From the NCBI RefSeq assembly GCF_009914755.1, contig NC_060929.1: a DNA stretch of 64,000 nt, one strand, 5' to 3'. This DNA comes from the human T2T-CHM13v2.0 reference genome, Homo sapiens. A program made the translations under genes and the position numbers. The notes under the pieces were generated by a model. That model saw only the letters and a program-made list of their open reading frames with translations. It did not search any database and had not been told where the DNA came from. This document shows positions 13,473 through 29,724 of the stretch, piece by piece (the first letter of the stretch is position 1; the number at the start of each line of letters is the position of its first letter).

Positions 13473-14221
13473 ATTAATAATAATAGAGCCACGCTTCTCT
13501 CAGCAGTCATTTGTCAAACCCTCTTTTCACTTTAGGGAAACAAAAAAATCTTTCTATTCTGAGCTGCTTTTACCTTCACTGCTGATCATGATCCAGTCCT
13601 GTTTTCCCACTTAGCTGACCATGTGCACTACTGAGGCCTAATCTGCTGCCTTGCTTTGGTTTACACTGTCTGCTTCAACCTGACAGCAGATTGATTGACT
13701 ACTGGGCCAAGAGACTCCTTGCTGGGCTCTCAGGTTACCCACTGTACTTGGCAAGGCTTCAAGTGACCATAATGAGTTTCCCATCCACCAGCTGTAGCCC
13801 AACCTGTCTTGCTTGCAATAAGCAAGGGCAGTCAAGTCTCTTATCTTTCTTCCCTCCTCCAGAGCAGTGTTTGTGACTTTAGATTGTTTACTTTTTTGAT
13901 AACAATCTGTGTAAAAAAGCCTATGGAGACCAACTTTTGATCCTGGTATGACAAGACAAAGATTCCTCCAGCAGAGAAGGCACCAGAGGCTTTAAAAGGT
14001 TGACTCTGACCTTTGCACAGCTTGACATGATGAGTAAGCTTTGGTTCACTCCTTGGTCCATCTTGCAAGATACCAAAGTGTCTAACTCCCCAGGCAAGTG
14101 CAGACTCCTGATGATCTTCTTAGCCTCCACTGCAGCTCTAAGCAAGCTCTATCAGCCCAATTTCAGATTCAGTATTTCAACAGCTGTTCAAGCTCCTGCT
14201 CTTACCACCGCATCAAAACAC

Positions 14222-15365
<1,144 letters not shown>

Positions 15366-17829
15366 TTTTAATATCATGTTAAGGTAAAAATTCACAACTC
15401 TCACTGACGTCTTTGTATGTAATTGATATCATTAACACCCTATACTCTTTCCTCAATAAGCCACCCTAATGCGGCCCAGCCTCAGATATTGCTTTTGTAC
15501 GTCGAGAATATTGGGTCTGTTTGGTCTAATCTTCTGTACACAGAAGAGATAAGAGCTTGCTTTCACTCCCAATACATGTTTTGAATCCAACTTCTAACTC
15601 TAAAAAGAGTATCCCTTAATAGAGCTTTACAGGGATCTGGCCAACTTCTTGTCTAAAAGGCATAGTGGTATTCTCCTCCACCCCTCAAGGCTCTGTGAGA
15701 TTGTGTGTACTGGCAATATGTGTCCAGATATTCCTTCTGGTTTGGGCCATTTCCAGATTGTGGCAAGCTATAATTCCATGAGTAGCTTCAAAGTTGCAGT
15801 GTAAAAACCTCTTCCATCTACTGTCCCTAGTTGGCTCCTGACCAATCACCCCCTTGAAGTGATGGTTATGTCAATAAAAAAATTATGGCTTTTGGTGTGG
15901 AGCAAGAGAGCAGCTGGCAAAAACTCTCCTGTCTCTTTCACTGAGCTCAGCTAACCATGTGCCACTTCCGTCTAACATCAGAGAAACAGGATAGCACACT
16001 CTCCAGAAAACAAGGCAGGCTTGCCTTTGCCAGCACCAAGGAGAGAAACGTGGTGAGAGGGCAGAGGGATGCTTGGGCAACAAGCTCCTCTTGTAATAGT
16101 CCATGAGAAAATGACCAAGAAATGTACTAAAGGGCTTCTGCTTAGACATTTTGTTCAAGAGTATTTATATAGATCCACACAAATGGATAAGTTTATAGAA
16201 GCACTACACTGAAGAAAGCCCTCTATTCAGGCCTCTCTCCCCAATTCTAAACAGGACTGAATGAACATCTCTGCAGATGGTGTTTCAAAATTCATTTGAA
16301 CAAAAGTGGCTAGATGAGGTAATGGCCAGTTAGGTAAAAATGTGCTGGGAGAGAACAAGGGAAAATCCTTGCTATAAAAAATTTTTTATTAAATAATTGG
16401 AAAAATGGAATGAAACACCTGCAGTTTATAAATCAAAGTTACCATATGGTATAGAATATTTGCTAATAAATTCTTATAAGCACAACCCTAAAAGTGAAGA
16501 CTTTTAAAAGTTTTTGCTATGGTGCAATATCTTTTTATATTAGTTTATTTCATCCTATGACTTTTATTTCAAACTTTAAGTTAATAGATTATTAAATTGT
16601 ACTTTGAAGCTCATTTCAAACTCATACTAGTGATAAAAACGCACAGCAGAGCAAATTACTGAAGAATAAATGGCAGCAATGAATTAACAGTTGGGGCATT
16701 AGAATAATCTTTGGACAGCTTTTACTCCACTTTTTGTTGATATTCAGTTTTATGTTGATGCTTTGGGGTGATGAAAGCAATAGTTTGTTAATGGTAAAGT
16801 GGTTGTAGCAAGTATCTTCATTTTCAGGCACTATATTATGTATACTTTTAATTGTCAAATATTCATTAGCATCGGCATTTTTTTCCAGACCTTCTTTCCT
16901 CTTTTAGAAAAGAAATAACAGTAACAGAAAAACAGCATAATAATCACTTCCTAATACCCCATTTACTTTTGACATGTAAAAGAACAATTTTGTTTTTAAA
17001 GACAGATGGTACATCGCTTGCTCTATATTATAAAATTCTTCCTGGACACATATTATCATAGACTCAAGTATCAAATATTCCAATCCACATTTACTTCTCA
17101 GGTATTTCATGCTGATAATTCTTACACCTTAAATACAGGACTTTAAAACGTAGAAATGGGTTCATTAAAAATATATTATATGCACGTATCTGAAAGAGTG
17201 TTGCAGAACCAAAACAATACCAATGTCTAAGGTTTCTAAATTTGTACTGAATTGCCTTTAGTGTCTTGGCATATGCTTTTGAATATCCTTAATGATTCTA
17301 GCTCTTTGCCCTCTGATGGTAGATTTAATGCTTCCAATTGTCTAAAGGGCTCTGGGAGCCAAGTTCAGTGCAAAAGGAGCTTTATTAGAAATAATGCACT
17401 TACAAAATATTAAGTCCACTTTGTTAGTAAATTCACAAGTCATTTACTTTTAAACAACTCAGTGTAGTGCTACTATTTTAAGTTAAAAGAAAACTTTCAC
17501 AGAGGTATTTGTAAAGTTTGGCGTGTAAATCTGATTTGGTGAAAAAGGGTAAATTTAAGATTAGTAGAATAGATGCTTCTAATATGCTGGATAGCCAGCA
17601 GGATTATAATTTTCTGTAAAAATCCTATTCCAGAGCAAATGTTCATAAAAATCCTGAGGAAAAACCAAAATCTATTGGGTAAATGGTGATTTATATTGAA
17701 TCAGAAAGATTATCATTGACATATCAGCCAAAACTATTTGCTGTGTTATAAAATCTCTCTCATTTTTAAAATCATAATTTGATGTCATTTAAAAGAAAGA
17801 CACATGTCAACCCTGTAGTGAGCTACTAA

Positions 17830-18000
17830 TTTATGTGTATATATACATATTTGTGTGTCATATACACTGTATACATTAATATATATTACATTAATATTTG
17901 TTAATATACATATATTTTCAATAATGTATTATTGAATGTTATTGAAATTATTGAATAAAAATAATATATATTATTTTCAATAATAAATTTCAATGCATAA
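17830..18000. repeat. AT-rich low-complexity region with palindromes
   Basis: Perfect 20-bp palindrome AAAATAATATATATTATTTT (17958-17977) and TTCAATAAT-GT-ATTATTGAA (17917-17936). Confidence 0.8.
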
Positions 18001-18126
18001 AATACTTAACTATTTTAATTAAAGTAAATCAGAATTCTACATGTACTATTTGCCACAATCCATTATAAAGTATTTTAAAAAATTAAAATTGAAGTTTGCA
18101 AAAATATTCTTTGGTCTTTCACATTC

Positions 18127-19493
<1,367 letters not shown>

Positions 19494-19499
19494 TTTTGC

Positions 19500-19995
19500 T
19501 GAACACCAAGATATTCAGACACAGGAGAAACCCCCGAGGAGCCGTAATTAAAAATAAAAACAGCAACAAAAAACAAAAACTGAAAGTTCACACTGTAGGG
19601 AAAAGAGACTTCACAGATTTAATCCAGGGAAGTTACTAAGCAAGCAAACAAACAAAACACAACGACAATCCTCAATAAAAAAATTAGAATCCAAAGTTAC
19701 TAAAACCTATAATAAAAATGTCCAATATTCTACAAAATTTTAAGAGACCTGCAAAAAAAGAGGGAAAGAAATGTGACATTCAACAAAACTAAAAACAAAA
19801 CCAGTCAATAGAAACTGTCATTAATTGTCCACAGATATTAGATTTACTAATAACTGCAAATGAGCTATTATTGGTATTTTCAAAGAGCTAAAGACAACAA
19901 TATTTAAAGATTTAAAGGAAAGTATGACAATAATAACTCAACAAATAAGTAATATCCACAAAGAGAAATGAATTATAAAAACAAACCCAATGGGA
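19500..19995 (+). mobile_element. Old L1M 5'UTR/ORF1-start fragment
   Basis: CCAGTCAATAGAAACTG..CAGATATTAGATTTA..AGCTATTAT..TTCAAAGAGCTAAAG is typical of the start of mammalian-wide L1 ORF1. Confidence 0.65.
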
Positions 19996-22539
19996 GTGCT
20001 TACAATGTGATTATCAAGGTTAGCATAACTATTGAAAAGCTCAAAATGTATGAATTCAGACATTTTCAAATGCTCTGGATGTTACAACTTGAATTCATTT
20101 TAGATACATATTTTTTTTTTTCTCAACAGGTATATAATGCTGTGTATAGCATTTAACAAAAGTTGGTGCTTTCTTTTTGAAAAAATAGGTCCTGGCATTT
20201 TCTGGCCCCTTTTTTCCTCCTCCTTCCAATACAAATACTCACTTGCTCAAGAGCAATAAGTAACTCATCTTGGCACATTTTGGAAAAAAAAAAAAGAGTA
20301 ATGGAACCAAATGTAACAATTTTTCACTCAATCCAGGGAAAAAAGATAAAATTAATATGTTCTGCATTTTTTCAGGATAAGACTGCTACTCCATTGATAG
20401 ACCTATATCAGTTGGCTGCTAAAAGGACAAAACCCAACTGAAAATGGTTATTAGAGTCCATCAATTTCATGTGTTGATGTTACCAGCTGTACTTTCCACT
20501 GAGTTTCCAGTTCACTCAATAACCCAGAAACAGAATAAATTGAATTGTTTCTTTTAAGGAATAATATAGCAAAAAGCAATGTGAGGTCAAATTAAAATAA
20601 ATACAGTAATATTAAGAGTTGGAAGAGTTCATAATTGGACAAAAATACCTATGGCCTTTGTGATCAGAAATCCTTCAAATAAAAAGTTGCATAAAACGCT
20701 GGTGTGGATTATTGGCTGCATATCCAGATTGTATAAGGAAGAATCTCAACAAAGTGAGTTATCCACAGCATCTTGCAAGATCAATATGACTGAGCTATAC
20801 AGTAGCTCAGGGAACTGATGAACCAAAGGCTTGAAAAGTAGGTTGGAGTTAAAGAATTGAAGCCCAGACTAAGATACCAAAACTCTGAATTCTTGCACTC
20901 TGCTGCTCAAAAAGCATTAATTGTTCCCCATCGCTAAATGTGAACAGACAGCCTTGAAAGATCAGTGTGGTACTCACATTAGGATGGATTGGAGACGCAG
21001 TGTATTGGAGGCAGAAATAAGATTTCAGAAAAAGATATTTTCAGAACAGAGAGTTGGCATCAGAGAAGGCCTGTTGATCACTTCCAGACTCTCCACATCA
21101 AATCCAATGTTAAACTACATTTTTATAAACATGAACCTTCTCAAACTCTGACAAGTTTGCATGCATAATTGAGTAACTTGTGACCTCTGACTCAACTTTA
21201 ACATTCTTCAGTGACTTTGCAATTTTTTCTCACATCTTTCACACTTTATGAAACATATATTTTCAGAAAATTTTATATATATATAATCCTAACAATGTAA
21301 TTAAACTTGCAGCTCAGTAATATATATCTTTAAATACTATACACTATCATAAAAATGTTATACATAGCACCATCTGTTGGCTGAGGTATCTTTAACAGAT
21401 GAGAAATGTTTTATGTAAATTGGATTAGAATATCATTAAGAAATTTGAAAAGAGAAAGGGAAAATAGTTTTAATTAAGATGAGAAAAAGATGAAGTCTGT
21501 ATGTGGTCACTGATAAGGAATGAAGCTTGTAATTCAGATTATTTTGGCCTCTGCCATGAGTAATAGCAACAAGTATGACAAATTGATCTTGTAATAATCT
21601 GTATTAATTTGAGATAATAAAAGTGTTTTTTAAAAGCCATCCTTCATATATTTTACGTAAAACAGGTATAAATAGTGAATGCAGTCACTTTAAAAATGCA
21701 GTGCCATATGTAAAACAATTTATGAAATAGAGACACTATTTACTATGTGGTTAGAAGATGGAATTAACCAGATAATAAATAGTTTACATGTTACTCCTTG
21801 CTTCACTTTAGCCCATCTCTGAATATTCAATAGTGTAATATGTATAGACAAGCTGCATGGGAAATTTTAGTTATATTTACATGCACATCAGTGGAAATTC
21901 AGCAATGGAATAAAACTCTATCCTTAATATTTATTTCTTAATGAGTATTTGTCACAAGGACAGGTATCTAGTGCTTATAATTTTTTTTTTTTACTTTTCC
22001 CTAGGTTGTGTCTATTGCTTTTAAGAAATACCAACAACTGAAAATTATCAGAGAAGTTCAAGAATACTATTTTCGGTATTAGATTTTCACCATCTACTAT
22101 ATCAGAAAATCAATAAATATACGTTAGGTGTCATGGCCGAATATTAGGCAATCCCTGTCTCTAAGGACTGCCAACACATTATAATAAAAGAGAAGATTCA
22201 CATAAAGGACAATATAGGAAGAAAGGTTATATTATTTTAAAATGTAATAAATATTTGACAATAAATGATAAAGGTGTTCATATATGACAGTTCTTTTAGA
22301 CCTGAAGTGGTAGGTAAGACTTAGTGCTTATATATCTTGTCCTTTCCATGCTTGCTCGTCAGCCGCTAAACTCCAGTCCATTATCCTATTGTTCTTTTCT
22401 AAATAAGGCTTTCATAGTTCTGTGTGTTTTCACAATGCATTCTCACCTATTCTCTCTTTCCAAACTCAGATTCACTCTTTAATAGTCATCTTAACATGAC
22501 TTTCATAGTGCTTTATCATATAGCCTCTGCTCATTTCCC

Positions 22540-22990
22540 AACTTCATTCTCATCAATGTCTCAATGATATGGCATGCTCCATGTATGCTGAACTTATTTA
22601 TGTTCCTAAAACATGCTAAATTCTCTTTTCTATATAATTGAAATTACTGTTTCCTCTGTCTACAATGCATTCTTTTTCCACCACATCTCATCCCATATCT
22701 CATTATTAGTTTATAATTCTAACTCATTTTTCATCTCTCAGATTAGAAATCATACCGTTTTCAGAAGCTTTCCTGTTTTTCCAATATGGGTGAAGAGTTC
22801 CTCTCAAGTACTCTCTTGTATGTCTGTGTATTAGGACTTACTACAACTATACTGTAAATTCCCAGTTCCTTTCTAGCCTGTAATTTCTATATATATTCTT
22901 TAAGACTGAGATCTAACCAGATAACGTAGTGTCTAATACATGGTGTAGACACAATAAATGTTTACAAGTAATTTAACATACAAATGATTC
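22540..22990 (+). mobile_element. L2 3' region
   Basis: TGTTTCCTCTGTCTACAATGC..CAGAAGCTTTCCTG..GTAGACACAATAAATGTTT. Confidence 0.6.
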
Positions 22991-25264
22991 ATCTCTCTTT
23001 AAAAAGCAGAGTTAGTTGTTACCCTTTATATGTTTCCAATTTTTTTTTTTTACCTTTTGTCATAAGTTACCATATTTATTTTAGGAAGTAGTTTAATCTT
23101 TATGTGCAAGGATAGGGACTGTCTTGGCAATTCCAAACCTTAGCAGAGTGGATGGCAGGATAGGTTTTAAATACACGTTTATTGATATATTAATGATAAT
23201 AATATAAAATCAGATTGGTAGAAGGTCTAGAAAACTAAGGTACTACAGTTTGTCTCTGATTCTACTGCAAATCAATTATAAATGCAACAAATATTTTTCA
23301 TCAGACAACCAAAATTCAAAACTTTAGTCCTCCAAATAATGTTTTACAACTATTTCTTTAGTGCATTTTTTTCTCTAAGAGATATCAGTAAACATGCTTG
23401 ACATATTTGAAAAAAGTTTTCATTTTTAAAGAAAATCTCCTTACTGTGGGATTTGCTGTTATTACTTCTTTTTTCCTATAGTTGTAAATTTATTGTGGCA
23501 GTGAACACAAATATAAATTGCAAGAACCTATTTGAACTGGTTTTATGCATTAGAATAAAACTTTGCAGTTTTATTAGAATATTAAACAGCTTTTGTTTTT
23601 CTTCTAAGATCTTGAATTCATCTGTATATCCTGGAAAAGGCAGAAAATAATCTTGGGAAGCTGAATTTAGTAGACATGTATACGGAACCCAAGTAATCTC
23701 AGGAGGATTGCAAATATGTAGTTATTCAGCATCTGCTAGACACTCTTCTGGATGTTGAGATACAGCGGTGAAAAAAAGCCCAACTGTTTTCATGGTGCTT
23801 ATGGAGTTTTAAACATTGAAAAAAAAAGAAAAAAAAAAGCAAATACAAAAAAGGAAACGAAGTTAAGATCAAAATAATTAAATAAGATAATTTTATATGA
23901 GTATAACTTCCATGGAGAAAATTAGAAAATGATAGGTTTAAAGAGAGGTAGAGCTTTAAATACACTGGCCAAAAAAAGAGTTAGGGTCTGAAAATGATTG
24001 AAAGGGCAAATGAGGGAAAAAAAAGTGAAAAATGCTTTAAAATAGAAACAAAAGTTTGTTAGCAAATTGTCTGTTTTCTTTGATAGAGTTTACATTTTAT
24101 TAAAGGTATATTAAATCATGACTCTTGATTGTTCCACCAGGTTGGGCAATTTGGTGAATTAAAAGGAGTTATGTGAGTACAGCATCCCACTCTAGGTAAT
24201 AGCTCTTGGTAGAGCCCTATGTATTTAATAAGTGCTTAGGAGTATCTGTTGACCTGATTTGAGAATTTCTACTGGGATACATTGCTTTTCCTCTTTTATG
24301 ACAAGAATAGTTTTAAAAATAAAGCACATTGCTTAAAATCAGGACACAAGATCACAGAGACCACTGTGTAAGGCAAGTCCATTTTTAAGCCTAACAACCT
24401 TGAGGGTGTCCCTTTGAGCAGGAAGTATTACATGTATACTGGGAAGAAAAAACTTCATTACTGTGTCCATTCTTTAGGAATCACAACTATCCTTTCAACT
24501 AAATAGTTTGCTCTGTCTCTTGGGATATGATTTGGATCTTTGAGAAGGAATGCAAGGTTATTGGTCTGGCTTGAAACGTTTGCACATGGTAATCTAAATC
24601 CCTGAAGAAACTTTCAAGTTTCTGGCCAAGGCTGCTGCTATTGAGTACGATAAATATGTTTTCAGAAACTCAGAGCAATAGAGAGTGAAATAATTTACTG
24701 GTAACCTTTTCAAAACTTTAGTTTCCTGTTGTGAACATAAGTTTGGTCTTTTGTCTCATTTGACTATCAATTTTGAGTTGCTTCATTAAATTTTTCACTG
24801 GGTCAGGGCCAGGTTTCTCAAGGGGTGGGAAAGAAGCATACAAAATTGACTAGGTGTAGGCTGCTTTTGAGACATGTTTTCTCCTTTGCATTCTGTGTTT
24901 AATGTGTTTAAGAGCTTTGGGAAAAGGAGTTGTATTACCTGCCCTGGGACAAATTCTGCCATCAAAAACAAAACATAATTGATTTATAAGTTAGCAGTAA
25001 TATTTCAGAGAAAAAGTTATTGATATTTTTTATTTATCAACATAATTATTAAGGTGCAGGAAGGGCTAATGATATAAATATTTAGTTTCACAATTTCACT
25101 TTTAAAAGTTAGCCTAGTTCAACTCTCTGTGTATATTAACACAGATAGTCACAGGAAACCCAATCATGGAAATTTGTTGACAAACATGATCCCCATAAAT
25201 CTGGGAATTAAGACCATTTCATTATGTATACTTTATTTCAGGTATTGGCATATCCATCTTTATT

Positions 25265-25515
25265 ATCATAATCACTGAGATATGTATGAAAGTAGATATG
25301 TTCCTGGAACTTTTTATATAGCTTTATACACTTTATCTCATTTAATATATACAGTAACCCTGTAAAGTAGCTATTTTTTATGGCTACATATTATGAATGA
25401 GAAATAGAGTTTAGAAAGTTTAAGTAACAGGCCTAAGGTCACACCCAAAATTTCCAAGTTGTGCACAAGGTAATTTCCGGTACCATAAATAGCCAATAGG
25501 AAGATTCAAATCAAA
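25265..25515 (-). mobile_element. MIR
   Basis: TTATCTCATTTAAT..AACCCTGTAAAGTAG..ATGAGAAA..TTAAGTAAC..CCTAAGGTCACAC. Confidence 0.7.
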
Positions 25516-27659
25516 ACGTAGAATTTTATCTATTTTATCACTGCTTTGATAGTCAGTGATCCTTGATACTCTCATTTTTTTTTTTTTTTTTTGTGAGAAC
25601 AAGAAACCAATGTGATGGTCAAATTAAAAACATTTTCTCTAAAAGTACTAAACATTTTTGGGGTCATTATTAAGTCTAAAAGGAATAGAGAAGTAACCCC
25701 AGGAGAGTAAAAAGTCCCACTTGTATTTCTGTTTTCCAATCTAAGAAGTACTAGGTGGGCTCAGCTAACTCTGTAATCGTATGATTTCTAGAAGTGAGTA
25801 AAGAAGTCCTTGGTTTCTTCAAGGTGTCTCGTCCTGTATAGCTACTGATACATTGCAAGGAGAGTATGAGAGAGGCAATACAGTCCAGAGAACAATGTCT
25901 GGGTTAGGGTGGCTGAAGGCCACCTTGACTATTCGTCTTAGGAGCAACCTCCCAAATCTACAATGTAAAAATGGTGGCTTTGATACAGTTACTATCTGAG
26001 GTCTTCCCCAGATATATTTTTTTAAATATATGCCTTAATTTTCGCCTTGACTTCTTTCTTAATGGGCCTCTTCTATTGAAAGCATTATGTTTTAGGAACT
26101 ATTGTCCTATGAAGATCTGAACCCAGTGCCCTAGTTCACCTGTGTCTTCATCATTTAGTATAGCAAATTAGTTTGTTGTTATGAAAATAAAATTCACAAG
26201 TAATTTTTATGTCAGCTTTGTGTATTATAGCTAGACACCCTTGACACAGATTTATTGCACTTCTTGGCAAAATATGTGAGCCAAAGGAACTTTCAAGACA
26301 GCAAAGAGAAATATTACAATAATGCAGTGTTTTGTGATGAGATAGGTTAAATTAAAGAACACTGGTGTATTGTGAGGAAAAATATACAAACAGTTATAAA
26401 GAGAGTTCATGACACGAGTTCATTCACGTTTAAACAGGCTAGAAGAAAAGAATCAGGTTATTTCTGAAAGTCGTTGTGAGTGAGATTGATGCTTATAGTT
26501 TTAGGAAATCAATACAGTGCCGTCTCTACAGTACATCTTGATTTGTAATTCATACAGTGTTATGAAATGTTGTAAATCTTCAGGAAGAAAAGGGGCTAAG
26601 CCTGAGGAGTTCATGCAGGAGAAACTAATGTTAGAGCAAAATGATGACTATCCCAGATTTTACACTTATTTCCTTCTCTTTTACCTATTAAACTTAGCTT
26701 TATGGTAAAAAGCCATGATATCTGTCAAAAGATATAAATGAAGGTCAAGCCATATTTGTTTTTCAGTTAGTGAAAGTCTAATTTTCATGCTAAATGTAAC
26801 TGACAAAATGTTATGATATATAAGGCTTAGTTAAAAAATGTAAATAGAGGGATGTATAATTTTTTAAATTACTTGAAAATATTCAAATTTTAAAACCTTG
26901 TATTTCAATTTATGACTCAAGTGGTGAGCGTACAGTCACCATGAAGAAGAGAAATAAGATTTAGTTTCATTTAATAGATAAAATATGACATGATATTTTA
27001 AACTTAAATGAAAACTACATTATTTGTTTCTCTGAGTAATTATTATGTAATAAGATTGTAAGTTTTTAGAAGAAAGTGACAGTATCTATGTTTTATACTC
27101 CATACTGAATAGAAAAATTTGGACACATCATTAGACTCACAGTAAACACATATAGAATAGCATAGCACAGTATAGGGTAAAACTGGGTAGATCACAAGAT
27201 CTTCTCAAACGCTTTCAGTTAAATCCATCTATATATAATAGCATAAAAATTGTGCTACCTTACATTATTGTTTGTAACCAAAAAAAATTTAAAAAATGAA
27301 AGTTTAGGCTCAGTAAATTAATGGCTGATTCTGATCAATTTATCTGCAAACCTAACATCAGTCTGCTAAATTCTACTTTTTGGGCCAGATGATAAAACTT
27401 TTTCAACACTGAGGCATGTTTTTATTCAGCCTTTCGTTTTTCTTTAGCACACTACAACATATTTCTTCATCATAATCATAGTAATATTATGCCCTACAAT
27501 ATTCATTGTTTTACAATCAAATGAAGCACAGCACACTTTATTATATACATATTTTCCAGCTACCTACCCACCCTGCTATCTGCCACCTGGTTTAGAAAAA
27601 ATCTTGACCCTTAACAAAAGATTGCTAGCTCTATTCTGTGGGTAACTAAGATGGTTTTC

Positions 27660-28177
<518 letters not shown>

Positions 28178-29273
28178 TATTGTCTTTTCTATTGCTTCCC
28201 ATTTTTACTGTAGAAAAAATAACAACAAAAAAAACCATAGTGGTATTTTAACTACTTCTTTTACAAACTCTAAACCACAAATAATCATGGGATCCGACAG
28301 GCCTGCAAAAATGGAGATTTATAGATATATTTTGGAAAAGAGACATCTTTATTTCTTACCATTTGTAGTAAGAGGAAAAGATGTTATTTTTAATACCCAA
28401 TTCAAGTATATATTTTGATACATTGTATTTTCATACTCAAAGTCTGATGAACTTTACAGCCTTTGATAACTGGAAATTTAGAAAACATTCCTTCCTATCT
28501 GGGCTTGTAGTTTCATTTCATTTGGAGATTGAATTTGTCTTTCTATTATTCCCTACCTGCTAAATTGAACTTTTGGAGTAGTCTTCAAACAGTGATGGGA
28601 TGCACAATATGATTATGTTTTAGAATGAAAGTATTAATGAAACAACAAAAACTATTAATAGTGTTAAATTGTAACAGGTATATTTAGCCGTGTATGTTCA
28701 TTTACTGTACTTACATGGTATTTTTTCTCTTCTATTTCATATGTGGGCCTAGAACTACTTAGCATTTTCTCTTTCATTTTTAATTGAAATACAATTATGA
28801 AATAAGTATGGAATTCACATGGGGAGGCTTTCCATTTGCTCCACTATGTATGTCAAAGTACATGTGATTTATACTTTTCTCTTTAAGTCAAACAACATTA
28901 GTTTTCTTTGAACATCTGGGTGGCATCTGGGAGATCTACTCCACGCAGCATTAATCAGAATATCATTGTGCAGTATGGGTAATGACCGATGTGAATAGAA
29001 TACATTTATATGTAGAAAAGCTCACTTTATTGATTTAATACTACTCAGTGTCCTGAAGTGCTTTGGTTTTCAACGCAATTTAAATATACTGCCAAAGTTT
29101 TATTTATTTCATCAATTTACACAATATTTGTCTTCCAAAGTACTGTATAGTAATCGCAACCAGGCAAGACCCAAAAAGCACTTAGTCTTCCATCTTCAGT
29201 CGTTCTCACTGATCATTTTCCTAGGAGCTAACTTTATAACCAGCAGCTGTCTGGGTTAAGATATAATGCAGCC

Positions 29274-29724
<451 letters not shown>

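Noticed and set aside
13089-13535. 148-aa hydrophobic ORF
   Set aside because: Lies almost entirely in an LTR33-like remnant, has a non-ATG start and resembles no protein family I recognise
26438-26485. Possible 38-bp exon encoding LEEKNQVISESR followed by GTGAGT
   Set aside because: Poor acceptor, no partner exons found, and the peptide could be old L1 ORF1-like coiled-coil debris
29020-29225. Possible minus-strand terminal exon (CTAG acceptor, short frame, two AATAAA)
   Set aside because: Weak polypyrimidine tract, no recognisable peptide, and AATAAA is common in AT-rich DNA; needs RNA-seq
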